The notes: generated from the sequence alone by a model not told the origin. Numbered from the whole stretch's first letter, positions 19,757 to 31,791 are shown. The stretch: DNA of 63,814 bases, filler included, from a bacterium (GCA_027063545.1; 14 parts of 14 records of this genome joined end to end with filler, not necessarily neighbours in it); one strand, 5' to 3'. Translations and numbers: made by a program.

Positions 19757-21124
19757 ATGGATATGAAAATTTCAATTGGACTAGGAGACGAAGATACTGG
19801 ACATGCTAAAATAAAAGTTATAGGTGTTGGTGGCGGTGGGGGAAATGCTATTAATAGAATGCTTGAAGAAGAGAGAATTCCTGGAGTAGAATTTATTGCT
19901 GTAAATACTGATAAACAGGCTTTAGATAAAAATATAGCTGAAATTAAAATACAAATAGGTAAAAATATTACAAGAGGATTAGGAGCTGGGTCAAAACCGG
20001 AAATAGGTAAAAAAGCTGCTGAAGAAAGTTTAGAGGAAATAAAAGGTGTTATAGAAGGTAGTGATTTAGTATTTATTACTGCAGGTATGGGTGGTGGAAC
20101 AGGAACAGGTGCTTCACCTGTAATTGCTAAACTTGCTAAAGAAATGGGTATTTTAACTATAAGTGTTGTTACAACACCTTTTAAATGGGAAGGGCCTGTA
20201 AGACAAAAGAATGCTCAGTTAGGAATAAATGAGCTTAATCAATATTCAGATGCTGTTATTACTATTTCTAACCAAAAACTTATGTCTATTATTGACAAAA
20301 AGCTTCCTGTAAGAGAAGCTTTTAAAATTGCTGATAAAATTTTAAAGGATGCCACATTAGGAATATCTAAATTAATTCAGGATGTCGGTGAAGTTAATGC
20401 TGACTTTGCTGATGTTCAAACTATAATGGAAAATGCAGGAAAAGCTCATATAGGAATTGGTTATGGAGAAGGTAGTGATAAGGCTCTTCAAGCTGTTGAA
20501 TCTGCTATACATTCTGATTTATTAGATAATGTATCTATAAAAGGAGCTAAAGGAGTATTAGTTAATATTATTGCTGGTCCTGATTTCTATATTGATGATC
20601 TCAATATTATATTAGAAAGAATATACAATGAAGTTGATGCTGAAAGTGATGCACATATTATTCATGGATTCTCTATTGATGAATCTTTTGAAAATAAAGT
20701 TCAGGTATTACTTATTGCTACAAAAATAGAAGGAGATTCCCAAAAAAATACAGATGAAAAAGAAAGTTTTAACTTCCCAACAAAACAACAAAGGGAGACT
20801 CCTCCTCAACAAAACTTTAATATGCGATCTAATCAAGAAACTATTGCTCCAACATTTATAAATAGAGAAGAAACACTTTCACAACAAATAAAACAAGAGA
20901 AGAATATTTTTAAAAACCAACCACAATCACAACCACAACAACCTCAACAAATACAAAGTGAAAAAGAAGAAAGTGATAATGACTTTTTATATCCTCCATA
21001 TCTAAAGGAAAATTTAAATAGATATAATGAAAATAGAATATCTGTGAATAGAAATATATATAACAATTCAATGACACAGGATGATATAGAATATCCTCCA
21101 TTTCTAAGAGAACAAATGGATTAA
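19757..21124 (+). CDS. ftsZ: Cell division protein FtsZ
   Basis: [20 protein letters not shown] and NADFADV; Gln-rich linker; C-terminal [13 protein letters not shown]. Confidence 0.99.
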   Translation: MDMKISIGLGDEDTGHAKIKVIGVGGGGGNAINRMLEEERIPGVEFIAVNTDKQALDKNIAEIKIQIGKNITRGLGAGSKPEIGKKAAEESLEEIKGVIEGSDLVFITAGMGGGTGTGASPVIAKLAKEMGILTISVVTTPFKWEGPVRQKNAQLGINELNQYSDAVITISNQKLMSIIDKKLPVREAFKIADKILKDATLGISKLIQDVGEVNADFADVQTIMENAGKAHIGIGYGEGSDKALQAVESAIHSDLLDNVSIKGAKGVLVNIIAGPDFYIDDLNIILERIYNEVDAESDAHIIHGFSIDESFENKVQVLLIATKIEGDSQKNTDEKESFNFPTKQQRETPPQQNFNMRSNQETIAPTFINREETLSQQIKQEKNIFKNQPQSQPQQPQQIQSEKEESDNDFLYPPYLKENLNRYNENRISVNRNIYNNSMTQDDIEYPPFLREQMD

Positions 21125-21152
21125 AATATTATTGATAAATAATACTCTTATT

Positions 21153-21198
21153 AAAAAAAGAGCCTCCTTAATTTTAAAAAAAAGGAGGCTCTTTTTTT
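21153..21198. terminator. Bidirectional Rho-independent terminator between ftsZ and glgB
   Basis: AAAAAAAGAGCCTCCTT...AAGGAGGCTCTTTTTTT perfect inverted repeat with A/T tails. Confidence 0.9.
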
Positions 21199-23404
21199 AT
21201 TCTCTTTTTAAAATAACGCAAGCAAGAGGGGGTATTATCATATTAATTGAATAAGGTTGATTATTCCACGGAATATCCTCAGCATATAAATCTGGATTTC
21301 TTATATTACTTCCCCAATATATATCCCAATCTGAATTTAAAAGTTCTTTATAAATACCTTTGGCAGGAACACCTATTCTATAATTATATCTCATAACAGG
21401 TGTAAAATTACATACAAATACCAAAAATTCGCCCTTAGAATCTCTACGTATAAAGCTAACTACAGAATTTTCAGCGTCATTACAATTAATCCATTGAAAT
21501 CCATGTGGATTATAATCCTCTTCCCATAATGGTGAATGATATTTATAAACATTGAGTAAATCTCTAACATACCTATTTAATTTATGATGAGATTCATACT
21601 CTAAGAGATACCAATCTACACTTGAATTATAATCCCACTCCCTCCATTGACCAATATCAATTCCCTGAAATAATAATTTTTTTCCAGGATGTCCAAACAT
21701 AAAACCTAAAGCAACCCTAACATTTGCAAACTTTTCCCAATCATTCCCCGGCATTTTTGAGATAAAATTAGCTTTACCATGTACAACCTCATCATGACTT
21801 ACTACTAAAATAAAGTTCTCACTATAAGCATACATCATTGAAAAAGTCAAATCATTATGATGATATTTTCTAAATATAGGATCCTTTGATATATACCTTA
21901 AAAAATCATTCATCCAACCCATATTCCACTTAAACGTGAATCCTAATCCTCCAACGTAAGTAGGTCTAGAAACCCCCGGCCATGCAGTAGATTCCTCTGC
22001 TATCACCATGATTGAAGGAAATAAGTTATGTAATTCTTCATTTAATTTTCTCAAAAAACTTATAGCTTCTAAATTTTCATTCCCACCATATATATTTGGT
22101 ACCCATCCTCCCGGAGGTCTTGAATAATCTAAATATAACATGGAAGCAACAGCATCCACCCTTAATCCATCTATATGATACTCTTGAGCCCAAAATACAG
22201 CATTTGTTAAAAGAAAATTTCTAACCTCATTTCTACCATAATCAAATACTTTTGTCCCCCAATCTAAATGTTCTCCCTTTCTAGGATCTGCATACTCATA
22301 TAAAGGTTCCCCTATAAAATTAGCTAACCCATGCTCATCTTTAGGAAAATGCCCTGGAACCCAATCTACTATAACCCCTATACCATTCTGATGCATATAA
22401 TCAACAAAGTATTTAAAATCTTCCGGTGTACCAAATCTAGAAGTCGGTGCAAAATACCCTATAACCTGATATCCCCAAGAACCATCAAAAGGATGCTCTG
22501 CTACGGGTAAAAGTTCTATATGAGTATAACCCATTTCTTTTATATATTCAACAAGTAAATGAGCTAATTCCCTATAATTTAAATATCCACTTTCTGGATC
22601 CTTCTCATAATTTTTTAACCATGAGCCTAAATGCACTTCATATATACTTATTGGTTCTTTTAAATAATCAATTTCTCTTCTTTTAGCCATCCACTCATCA
22701 TCATGCCATTTATATTTATCTATATTATATACTATAGAAGCAGTTTTTGGCCTCTTTTCCATATAAAAACCATAAGGATCCGACTTCAATAAAAGTCTAC
22801 CATCTTGTGTTTTTATCTCATATTTATATAAACTTCCTTCCTCTACTCCTGGTATAAAAATCTCCCAAACACCTGAAGAACCCAAAACTCTCATCTGATG
22901 TACTCTCCCATCCCAGTTATTAAAATCTCCAACAACACTAACTCTTTTAACACCAGGAGCCCATACTACAAAGCTTACTCCTTTAACTCCATTGACTTCT
23001 TTTATATGAGCACCTAAAAATTTATAGGCAAAGAGATTATCGCCTTTATTAAAAAGATATAAATCAAAATCTGAAACTGTAGGTAAAAATGAATAAGGAT
23101 CATATATCTCCTTTGTAGTTCCATTACTATATTCTAAATACAGTCTATACTTAAAAAAAGATTTTCTATTAAAAATTCTCTCAAAAAAACCTTCAGGGTC
23201 AATTTTATTCATTTTATATTTTTTTTTCTTATCATCTATAACAAAAATATCCTTCACATAGGGATTATATGCTCTTATTACTATAAAGTTTTCTCCTCCT
23301 ACTTCAATAAGATGTTGTCCTAAAATACTATGAGGATCATGAAACTCAGAATTTTTAATCTTATTAATTTCTTCTTGAGAAATAGTATTTAAAATCTTTT
23401 CCAT
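21197..23404 (-). CDS. glgB: 1,4-alpha-glucan branching enzyme
   Basis: [31 protein letters not shown] and SHDEVVHGK. Confidence 0.98.
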   Translation of the reverse strand: MEKILNTISQEEINKIKNSEFHDPHSILGQHLIEVGGENFIVIRAYNPYVKDIFVIDDKKKKYKMNKIDPEGFFERIFNRKSFFKYRLYLEYSNGTTKEIYDPYSFLPTVSDFDLYLFNKGDNLFAYKFLGAHIKEVNGVKGVSFVVWAPGVKRVSVVGDFNNWDGRVHQMRVLGSSGVWEIFIPGVEEGSLYKYEIKTQDGRLLLKSDPYGFYMEKRPKTASIVYNIDKYKWHDDEWMAKRREIDYLKEPISIYEVHLGSWLKNYEKDPESGYLNYRELAHLLVEYIKEMGYTHIELLPVAEHPFDGSWGYQVIGYFAPTSRFGTPEDFKYFVDYMHQNGIGVIVDWVPGHFPKDEHGLANFIGEPLYEYADPRKGEHLDWGTKVFDYGRNEVRNFLLTNAVFWAQEYHIDGLRVDAVASMLYLDYSRPPGGWVPNIYGGNENLEAISFLRKLNEELHNLFPSIMVIAEESTAWPGVSRPTYVGGLGFTFKWNMGWMNDFLRYISKDPIFRKYHHNDLTFSMMYAYSENFILVVSHDEVVHGKANFISKMPGNDWEKFANVRVALGFMFGHPGKKLLFQGIDIGQWREWDYNSSVDWYLLEYESHHKLNRYVRDLLNVYKYHSPLWEEDYNPHGFQWINCNDAENSVVSFIRRDSKGEFLVFVCNFTPVMRYNYRIGVPAKGIYKELLNSDWDIYWGSNIRNPDLYAEDIPWNNQPYSINMIIPPLACVILKRE

Positions 23405-23419
23405 AATATATTTCCTTTT

Positions 23420-23758
23420 TTATTTTTTTTCATTTCTCCATCTTAACCCACTAAGTCCGAATGCAAATATATGGGTTAATAGAAGCCAGCCTACTCCAAG
23501 AATTAATATACTTGCTATAGGATAGCCTCCATAAGGCTTTTTAAACTCACCCATCAAACTATATACTAAAGCAAAACCTAATACAACAGGTGTAATAAAC
23601 TTAATACTATACATCCATAATTGTAATATTATATAATTAAAAATCTTATGAGTCTTTCCTGATAATCCTAAATTATTAACAATATGAATCTTCAATAACT
23701 CTGTTTTATAAAGCCAACCTATAATAAATGCTTCTAAAATACCAACAGTTATTAGTCC
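23420..23758 (-). CDS. Sodium-dependent transporter (NSS/SNF family), C-terminal fragment
   Basis: GLITVGILEAFIIGW...WMYSIKFITP...PYGGYP..LILGVGW. Confidence 0.75.
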   Translation of the reverse strand, partial: GLITVGILEAFIIGWLYKTELLKIHIVNNLGLSGKTHKIFNYIILQLWMYSIKFITPVVLGFALVYSLMGEFKKPYGGYPIASILILGVGWLLLTHIFAFGLSGLRWRNEKK

Positions 23759-23860
23759 ATNNNNNNNNNNNNNNNNNNNNNNNNNNNNNNNNNNNNNNNN
23801 NNNNTTAATTAATTAANNNNNNNNNNNNNNNNNNNNNNNNNNNNNNNNNNNNNNNNNNNN

Positions 23861-24947
23861 GCTCTAATGCTATTGCTAAACGTTTTCTCTCGCCCCCAGA
23901 TAGATTTTTTACAATACCATCTCTTTTTTGTGTTAAATCTACAATATCAAGAATATCGTCAATTAATTTATTTATATAATCCTTATTATATTCAGAAGGT
24001 AATCTTAGTTGTGCTGTATAATACAAAGATTCATAAACTGATAAGTCTTCATAAAGCAAATCATTTTGTGGTAAATATCCAAATAAATGTTTTATTTTAT
24101 CATAATTTTTATTTATTGATATTCCATTATATAATATATCACCTTCTGTGGGTTTTAAAAATCCGGATAATAATTTTAAAAAGGTAGATTTTCCTGCTCC
24201 AGATGGACCTATTACTGCAATGAGTTCTCCACTATACAAGCTAAAATTAAATAATTCTAAAAGTTTATCCCCTTTATAATTATATGAAATATTCTTTATT
24301 CTAAGTTCATTTCTGATTTCAACAATTGTAAGTATATCATCAGAATAAATAATCTCTATATTTCCTATATAAACTCTATCTCCACTTTTTAGATATTCCT
24401 GCTTTTTCAGTTCTTTATTATTTATATAAACAGGAGATTTAGAAGATAAAAGCTTTACAATTACATTATTTTTTTCATCTTTTTCTATTAATAGATGATT
24501 TTTAGATATATATGGTAAATCTATTCTTATATCACAATTTCTATCTCTTCCAACCACTATAGGTGTTGAGATAGCTAACTTTCTTATAAAATCTCGCTTT
24601 TTTTGATTATTATCTTTTAAAAGTCTATATAAAGCTTCCTCCTCATCAAAAGCTTTAAAAAAAACTAATTCTAAAGGTCCAACACCTATTTTTAATCCAT
24701 CTTTTATTTTTAATTTGTCGTATTCTTTTCCGTCAAAATATAAAGTTTTATTAGGAACTAATGATTCTACAATAAAGCCATCTAGAGTAAATCCTATTTT
24801 TAAATGTTTCTTTGATATTAAATTAACACCTTTTATAACTATGTCATTATCTTCTGCTCTTCCTAAAGTAATTAAATTTTTATCTATTAGTTTTATATTT
24901 AAAACTTTTTCTCCTAATCTTACAATAACATACCATCTCAACTCCAT
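23861..24947 (-). CDS. Tandem-FHA ABC transporter ATP-binding protein (Rv1747-like), 3' truncated
   Basis: Two FHA-like segments (LGR..ISKKH; VGR..ISKNH), Walker A GPSGAGKST and signature LSGGERKR. Confidence 0.88.
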
Positions 24948-24950
24948 ATC

Positions 24951-25520
24951 TTAATCCTCTAAATTCTCTTCTATAATTTTTTTAACTTTTTCTATAGTCC
25001 CATTTAAATCCTGATTTACAATAAAATATTTATAATGCTTCTTTGTTTTGGCAAATTCAATTTCTTTTTTTGATATCTCAAGTCTCTTTTCAATCTCTTC
25101 AATAGTATCCCTACCCCTTTTAATAAGTCTATTTTTCAATTCCTCAATACTGGGAGGTTCTATAAATATACCTATATTATCAGGATATACTTTATCAAAA
25201 TTAACTTTTCCATACACATCTATATCCATAATTACATTCTTTCCTGAGTTCAATATTCTTTCTATTTCTTTTTTAGTTGTCCCATAATAATTACCATATA
25301 TCTCTTGATACTCTACCAACTGATTCTCTTTTATCATTCTTTCAAATTCTTCTCGAGTAACAAAGTAATATTCTCTTCCATGTTGCTCACCTTTTTTTCT
25401 AGGCCTTGTCGTTGTCGAAATACTAAATTCAAACTTTTCAGGAAATATCTCTAAAATTTTTTTTATTATTGTAGATTTACCAACTCCTGATGGCCCTGAA
25501 AATACAAAAATCTTTGGCAT
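24951..25520 (-). CDS. gmk: Guanylate kinase
   Basis: SGPSGVGKST, STTTRPR, GREYYFV and GNYYGT. Confidence 0.97.
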   Translation of the reverse strand: MPKIFVFSGPSGVGKSTIIKKILEIFPEKFEFSISTTTRPRKKGEQHGREYYFVTREEFERMIKENQLVEYQEIYGNYYGTTKKEIERILNSGKNVIMDIDVYGKVNFDKVYPDNIGIFIEPPSIEELKNRLIKRGRDTIEEIEKRLEISKKEIEFAKTKKHYKYFIVNQDLNGTIEKVKKIIEENLED

Positions 25521-25761
25521 TTTCCCTCCTATTTTTTCTTCTTATCTATCATCTTTTTTAATCCATTTATCATATCTTCAATACTATAAATATAACGTTT
25601 TTTATTTATAATTAGAACTACTTTATCATCTATTATTAAAATTTTATTCATATGGCCATCCTTGATAAAAATTATTTTTGATTTTTTATTTTGTTATTGA
25701 TAGAATTTACGTAAAATTATATTTTAAATATAAAATAAAAAATTTATATAGGAGAGGGGTC

Positions 25762-26958
25762 ATAGAAGATAAAAAATTTATTAAAGAATTAAAAAGAGCT
25801 ATTGCTGAAAAATTAGCTATTATAATATTTCTTGTTTTAACTTTTAGTGTTGTATTATTCAGTCTTACTTATTTATTGCTTTCTTCTCAAAATTATAGGT
25901 TATATAAAACAAAATTGACATATATAGATGCGGTATACAACCAAAGTCTTTTAAATTATCACAAAAATATCTTAAATGTAGTAACAAATGACAAATTAAT
26001 ATATAATATACAAAGAAAAAATATAGTAGAGCTTGTTAGATGGTTAAGTGAAATTTCTACATTAAATAATATTGATGGAGCTTTACTCTTAAACAAAAGA
26101 TGGCAAATTTTGGCAAAAAACGATTTTCTCAATTTAAATAAGAAAACTTTAAAAAAATATAAAAGAATTATAAAAATTGGCTTAGATGGTAAATATTATT
26201 TTGAAATAAAAAGAGTATCTCTTGAAGATCTTGACGAAGGTCTAAAATTTAAATTATCTCAAGAGTTAGGTAAAGAAAAATATCAATCAGAAAAGCCTAT
26301 AAAATATGTATATATGATCTTTAAAACTTTTCCTATTTATAATAATGCAAGTGAAATTGTTGCAACATTAATTACTGTAAATTTTATAACAACTAAAAGC
26401 GAAATAGTTAAAAATATTGAATTTTTAGAACAATTTTCTTCTATAAGTATTATTGATAATTCTGGAGACATTTTATCATTAAAAACATTTTCTAATAAAT
26501 TTAATTATAAAAAATTCAAAGCTAAACTCTCCCAAACTTTAAAAAAACTAAAAGAAAATGGAAAATATAAAAATATATCATATATAGATGATGAAACTGG
26601 TTTAATTTTTTTACCATTAAAAAATGTTAATTCTCAAACAATAGGGTATATTGTTGTTGAATTATCAATAACATTTGAAAAGAAAACATTGTTGGAAATT
26701 GTTGTAATTTATGGATTATTCTTTGTTGTAGTATTAGGATTTATTATAAGCTTATATAAATACATTAATAATGATATATTCTATCCTCTAAATAGAATAT
26801 CTGCTTTTATAGAGCAATTAGCCAGTGGTGATTACAGGTTGCCTGTAATAACTCCTAAAGAGAAAAATTCTAAATTTATAGAGTTATTTAATTATCTTTA
26901 TAAGATAGCTCATATATTAAAGAAGTATAAGGAACCTAGTGAGGGGGGAGGTTCCTAA
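25762..26958 (+). CDS. Two-TM extracytoplasmic (Cache-like) sensor with HAMP-like tail and no output domain
   Basis: TM, ~280-aa extracytoplasmic region (PIYNNASEIVATL; PLKNVNSQTIGYIVV), TM, then IFYPLNRISAFIEQLASGDY. Start uncertain: TTG at 25678, or ATA at 25762 behind an AGGAGAGG SD. Confidence 0.6.
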   Translation: MEDKKFIKELKRAIAEKLAIIIFLVLTFSVVLFSLTYLLLSSQNYRLYKTKLTYIDAVYNQSLLNYHKNILNVVTNDKLIYNIQRKNIVELVRWLSEISTLNNIDGALLLNKRWQILAKNDFLNLNKKTLKKYKRIIKIGLDGKYYFEIKRVSLEDLDEGLKFKLSQELGKEKYQSEKPIKYVYMIFKTFPIYNNASEIVATLITVNFITTKSEIVKNIEFLEQFSSISIIDNSGDILSLKTFSNKFNYKKFKAKLSQTLKKLKENGKYKNISYIDDETGLIFLPLKNVNSQTIGYIVVELSITFEKKTLLEIVVIYGLFFVVVLGFIISLYKYINNDIFYPLNRISAFIEQLASGDYRLPVITPKEKNSKFIELFNYLYKIAHILKKYKEPSEGGGS

Positions 26959-26965
26959 TTTTTTT
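26930..26965 (+). terminator. Putative Rho-independent terminator overlapping the sensor gene's 3' end
   Basis: AGGAACCT-N11-AGGTTCCT followed by AATTTTTTT. Confidence 0.55.
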
Positions 26966-27034
26966 ATTATATAATTTAATTAGATTATATTAAATAAATT
27001 AAAATAAAGTAAAAATTTTTAATAATATAAAATA

Positions 27035-28475
27035 ATGAAAGAAAATAAGAATATTGTAGATTATTCTATTATTAGTCTACTTAATTCTCTTATTGCCAAT
27101 ACCCATGATATAGAAAAGATTATTAATGAAATTAATATTATTCTAACAACAAAATTTGATGCAGAAGATAGCTATTTATTTTTAAATAAAAATGAAAAAT
27201 TATATTCATACAAAAGATCTTCAAAAAAATCTGAAAATATAGAGAATAAAATTAAAGAATTATTAAAAAGCAATATTGATAAAATTACTCTTTTTGAAAA
27301 CTTTTTACTTTATATTCCTTTGATTTTCGGGAATATAAATATTGGTGGTATAATTTTACACTTAAAATCACCTATTGAATTAAATAATTCTCATCTTGAA
27401 TTTTTTAATGCTCTTTCTAATTATATATCCTCTATTCTATTAACTATGATACAAAATGTTTCTTTCAAATCAGACAATGAAATTAACAAAACTAAAAAAG
27501 TAAAATTTATAAAAGGATTAGGAATATCCCCTGGAATAGGTATAGGTAAAGCATATATAAAAAGTAATAAAGTATTTATATCTTCCTATGTTCTTCAAAA
27601 AAGAACAAAAAATCCACAACAAGATTATTATAAATTACTTGCTATATTAGATCATACCTTAAAGATTTTAAAAGATATAGAACATTCTGTAAGAAATAAA
27701 TTGGGGAATGATATAGCAGATATATTTTTATTTCATCAAAGTATCTTAAAAGACCCTAATTTTTTAGAATATATAAAAACTAGTATTCTTAATGAACATA
27801 AGACTCCAGAATTTGTTATAGTATCATATTTTGATGAATTAAAAACTAAATTTGAAAGTATAAATCCTCATATTTTAAGTGATCTAGAAGACATAAAAAT
27901 TCAAATTTTAAATGAGCTTTTTGAAGATAGTAATAAAAAATTTAATCTTCCAAAAGAAGATTTCATATATATATGTGAGGAGTTAGTACCTTCTGATATA
28001 ATAAAGATCCATAGTAAAAACTTAAAAGGAATTATAGAGAAAAAAGGTGGATTAACCAGTCATGCTGCTATCTTGGCTAAATCTTTAAATATTCCTTTAA
28101 TTGTAAATATTCAGGATATATCTTATTTTAATCCCAATGATTTTATAATATTGGATAGCACCTCAGGAATGGTATATATAAATCCTGATGAAACTATAAT
28201 TGAAGAATATAAAAATCTTATTACTGAAACAAAAAAAAGACTTTCTATACTAATAAAGTCTATACCTAAAGAGACATATACAAAAGATAACATAAAAATA
28301 GATGTTGGAGCAAATATAGGAATTTTATCAGAATTGGAATTTGTAAGTAAATACAAAGTAGAATACGTAGGCCTATATAGAACTGAATTTCCATTTATAG
28401 TCAGATATCAACCGCCAACTGAAAACGAACAGTTTGAAATATATAAAAAAGCTATTGAAAAAGCAAAAGTACCTA
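27035..28475 (+). CDS. ptsP: PTS enzyme I with N-terminal GAF-like domain (PtsP/EI-Ntr-like), 3' truncated
   Basis: GAF-like N-terminus (YIPLIFGNINIGGIIL), GLGISPGIGIG, phospho-His motif GGLTSHAAIL and VGLYRTEF. Confidence 0.85.
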
Positions 28476-28576
28476 NNNNNNNNNNNNNNNNNNNNNNNNN
28501 NNNNNNNNNNNNNNNNNNNTTAATTAATTAANNNNNNNNNNNNNNNNNNNNNNNNNNNNNNNNNNNNNNNNNNNNA

Positions 28577-28660
28577 GCAATGGAAGAGAATTTAAGATTT
28601 GCTATAAGAGAGGGAGGGAAGACAGTAGGAGCTGGAGTAGTAACAAAGATAATAGAATAA
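28577..28660 (+). CDS. tuf: Elongation factor Tu, C-terminal fragment
   Basis: Not in the ORF track: AMEENLRFAIREGGKTVGAGVVTKIIE*. Confidence 0.97.
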   Translation, partial: AMEENLRFAIREGGKTVGAGVVTKIIE

Positions 28661-28687
28661 TTATAATAAAGAAGAGGATAGAATGCT

Positions 28688-29005
28688 ATGGGAAAGAGAC
28701 AAGAAAATAGAATAAGAATAAAGTTAAAATCCTTTGATCATATTTTGATAGATAAAAGTGTAAATGATATAATAAGAAATGTAAAAATGACAGGTGCAGT
28801 GGTAAAGGGTCCTATCCCTTTACCTACTAAAAGAACAGTTTATACTGTAATTAGATCTCCACATATTGATAAACATTCGAGAGAGCAATTTGAATTAAAG
28901 ATTCATAAGAGAATTATTGATATATATGAAATAACCCAACAAACTATAGAACAATTAAGAAAAATTGAACTCCCAGCGGGAGTGGATATAAAAATAGAAT
29001 ATTAA
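28688..29005 (+). CDS. rpsJ: 30S ribosomal protein S10
   Basis: IRIKLKSFDH, GPIPLPT and RSPHIDKHSREQFE. Confidence 0.99.
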   Translation: MGKRQENRIRIKLKSFDHILIDKSVNDIIRNVKMTGAVVKGPIPLPTKRTVYTVIRSPHIDKHSREQFELKIHKRIIDIYEITQQTIEQLRKIELPAGVDIKIEY

Positions 29006-29032
29006 TAAAAGCTAGAATGGGGTAGTTATAAT

Positions 29033-29665
29033 ATGAAAGGAAAAGGAATTATAGGAATAAAGGTTGGAATGACTAGAATTTTTGGTGATGATGGTACTGC
29101 TATTCCTGTTACTGTTGTATTAGCGGGTCCATGTGTAGTTTTAGAAAAAAAGACAGAAGATAAACATGGGTATAATGCGATAAAGGTAGGTTTTGATGAA
29201 GTACCTTTAGAAAAGTTAAATAAACCAGAGAGGGGTATTTTTGAAAAATTAGGTCTTGATAAGGGATATAGAAAAATTGTTGAATTTAGAGTAAATGACC
29301 CTAAAGATTTAGAGCAATTTGAAGTTGGTAAAGCTTATGATGTGTCTTTATTAGATGGAGTAGAAAAAGTTAATGTTATAGGTTATACAAAGGGAAGAGG
29401 ATTTTCAGGAGCTATTAAAAGACATGGTTTTAGAAGAGGTCCTGTAAGCCATGGTTCTAAGAATATAAGAGATGTAGGGTCTATAGGTATGAGTACTTTT
29501 CCAGCAAAGGTTATTAAAGGTAAAAGAATGCCAGGAAGATATGGTAATGAAAGGGTAACTGTTAGAAATTTAGAAGTTGTTAAGGTTATGCCAGAAGACA
29601 ATTTAGTTTTATTAAAGGGTTCAGTTCCTGGAGCTAATGGTAATTATATATATATAACATTTTAA
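29033..29665 (+). CDS. rplC: 50S ribosomal protein L3
   Basis: [15 protein letters not shown] and LLKGSVPG. Confidence 0.99.
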   Translation: MKGKGIIGIKVGMTRIFGDDGTAIPVTVVLAGPCVVLEKKTEDKHGYNAIKVGFDEVPLEKLNKPERGIFEKLGLDKGYRKIVEFRVNDPKDLEQFEVGKAYDVSLLDGVEKVNVIGYTKGRGFSGAIKRHGFRRGPVSHGSKNIRDVGSIGMSTFPAKVIKGKRMPGRYGNERVTVRNLEVVKVMPEDNLVLLKGSVPGANGNYIYITF

Positions 29666-29687
29666 CAAGTAAATGGAGAGGGTTGTT

Positions 29688-30344
29688 ATGATAGAAGCAC
29701 CTTTATATTCAATAGAAGGAAAAGAAATAGGGAAAATAGAGCTTCCAGAAGATCTTTTTGGTCAAGAAGTTAAAGAACATGTTATATATGAATATGTAAA
29801 ATTATATTTAAATAATCAAAGACAAGGAACAGTTAATGTAAAAGGCAGATCAGAAGTTTCATATTCTACTAGAAAAATTTATTCTCAAAAAGGTACAGGT
29901 AGAGCAAGACATGGTGCTATAAGTGCTAATATTTTTGTAAAAGGTGGAAAGGCTCATGGACCTAAACCAAGAGATTTTTATGTTAAAATACCAAAAAGAT
30001 TAAAGGAAACAGCTTTAATATCTGCATTTTCACAAAGAGCAAAAGAGAATGCTATAAAGATAATTGAAAATTTAAAGTTTGATAACATATCTACAAAGAA
30101 TATGAATAAGCTATTAAGAACAATTGTTCCAGAAGGGACAATACTTTTAGTATTAGATTTTTGGGATGAAGAGAATAAAAAATTATATTTATCAGGTAGA
30201 AATTTACCATATTTAGATATAAGACTTGCTCAAGATGTAAATGCTTATGATGTTATTAAAAACAAGTATTTAATTTTTAAGAAGGAAGTTATTGATAGTA
30301 TAGTAAATGAAGAAACAGAAACTGGAGTAGAAGATGAAGCGTAA
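29688..30344 (+). CDS. rplD: 50S ribosomal protein L4
   Basis: RQGT, QKGTGRARHG and HGPKPR; likely start ATG 29688 behind a GGAGAGG SD. Confidence 0.98.
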   Translation: MIEAPLYSIEGKEIGKIELPEDLFGQEVKEHVIYEYVKLYLNNQRQGTVNVKGRSEVSYSTRKIYSQKGTGRARHGAISANIFVKGGKAHGPKPRDFYVKIPKRLKETALISAFSQRAKENAIKIIENLKFDNISTKNMNKLLRTIVPEGTILLVLDFWDEENKKLYLSGRNLPYLDIRLAQDVNAYDVIKNKYLIFKKEVIDSIVNEETETGVEDEA

Positions 30345-30627
30345 TCCTTTACATATAATTAAGGGAGCAATAGTAACAGAAAAGACTACATTAATTAGGA
30401 CATTAAATAATTGGTATACTTTTAAAGTATCCAAAGATGCAAATAAAGAAGAAATAAAGCAGGCTATAGAAAAATTGTTTAATGTAAAAGTTGAAAGGGT
30501 AAATACTGTTAATTATAAAGGAAAGAAGAAAAGATTGGGAAGATTTATTGGTAGAACATCAGGTTATAAGAAAGCATATGTGAAATTAAAAGAAGGATAT
30601 GTAATATCTCAATTTGAAGGAACATAA
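30334..30627 (+). CDS. rplW: 50S ribosomal protein L23
   Basis: [19 protein letters not shown] and YKKAYVKL. Confidence 0.98.
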   Translation: MKRNPLHIIKGAIVTEKTTLIRTLNNWYTFKVSKDANKEEIKQAIEKLFNVKVERVNTVNYKGKKKRLGRFIGRTSGYKKAYVKLKEGYVISQFEGT

Positions 30628-30641
30628 AAGGGAGAAATGAT

Positions 30642-31463
30642 ATGCCAACATTAAAGACATACAAACCAGTAACACCAACTTTAAGATTTACTGTTTTAGT
30701 TAATAAAAAAGATTTATGGCAAGGTGGTCCAGAAAAGTCATTAGTTGAAAAGATAGATAGATCTTATGGAAGAAATCATCATGGACATATTACCTCAAGA
30801 GGAAGAGAAAGAGGGAATAAAAAATTATATAGAATAATAGATTTTAAGAGAGATAAATTAGATATTCCAGCAAAGGTAGTTAGAATAGAATATGATCCAA
30901 ATAGAACAGCATTTATTGCTTTAGTAGTTTATGCGGATGGAGAAAAAAGATATATAATTGCTCCTGAAAATATTAAAGTAGGTGATACTATAATATCAAG
31001 TGATAATCCTGTTGAAATTAAAACAGGAAATGCTACTCTTTTAAATAATATACCTGTAGGTACTTTTGTTCATAATATAGAATTATATCCTGGTAAAGGT
31101 GGGCAAATAGCTAGAGCCGCAGGAACATATGCACAAATAATGGGTAAAGAAGGAGAATATGTAATATTAAAATTACCATCTGGAGAATATAGAAAAATTT
31201 TTTATAAATGTAGAGCAACAATAGGAATTGTTTCTAATGTCCAGCATATAAATGAAAGTTGGGGTAAAGCAGGTAGAAGTAGATGGCTTGGATGGAGGCC
31301 AATTACAAGAGGAGAAGCTAGAAATCCAGTTGATCACCCATTGGGAGGTAGGACAAGAGGTGGTAGAATACCAGTTTCTCCTTGGGGATGGCCAACTAAA
31401 GGAAAGAAGACTAGAAAGAATAAGGTTACAGATAAATTTATAATAAGAAGAAGAAAAGGATAA
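30642..31463 (+). CDS. rplB: 50S ribosomal protein L2
   Basis: [25 protein letters not shown] and NPVDHP. Confidence 0.99.
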   Translation: MPTLKTYKPVTPTLRFTVLVNKKDLWQGGPEKSLVEKIDRSYGRNHHGHITSRGRERGNKKLYRIIDFKRDKLDIPAKVVRIEYDPNRTAFIALVVYADGEKRYIIAPENIKVGDTIISSDNPVEIKTGNATLLNNIPVGTFVHNIELYPGKGGQIARAAGTYAQIMGKEGEYVILKLPSGEYRKIFYKCRATIGIVSNVQHINESWGKAGRSRWLGWRPITRGEARNPVDHPLGGRTRGGRIPVSPWGWPTKGKKTRKNKVTDKFIIRRRKG

Positions 31464-31477
31464 AGGGAGAATAGTCT

Positions 31478-31768
31478 ATGGCTAGATCATTAAAGAAAGG
31501 ACCTTTTGTCGACGGACATTTATTAAGAAAGGTGTTAAAGTTAAACGAAAAGGGAGAAAAAAAAGTTATAAAGACTTGGTCTAGAAGATCAACTATAATA
31601 CCAGAATTTGTGGGACATACATTTGCTGTATACAATGGTAAACAATTTATTCCTGTTTATGTTACAGAAAATATGGTAGGACATAAGTTAGGAGAATTTG
31701 CATTAACAAGGACATTTAGAGGGCATGGTGGTAAGTTAGCTGAAAGATTAAGAAAACAGGGGAAATAA
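31478..31768 (+). CDS. rpsS: 30S ribosomal protein S19
   Basis: [15 protein letters not shown] and GHKLGEF. Confidence 0.99.
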   Translation: MARSLKKGPFVDGHLLRKVLKLNEKGEKKVIKTWSRRSTIIPEFVGHTFAVYNGKQFIPVYVTENMVGHKLGEFALTRTFRGHGGKLAERLRKQGK

Positions 31769-31791
31769 GAATTAAATAGGAGATAACTAAT

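Noticed and set aside
20915-20955. CAACCACAA-like tandem repeats
   Set aside because: They encode the ordinary Gln/Pro-rich FtsZ linker.
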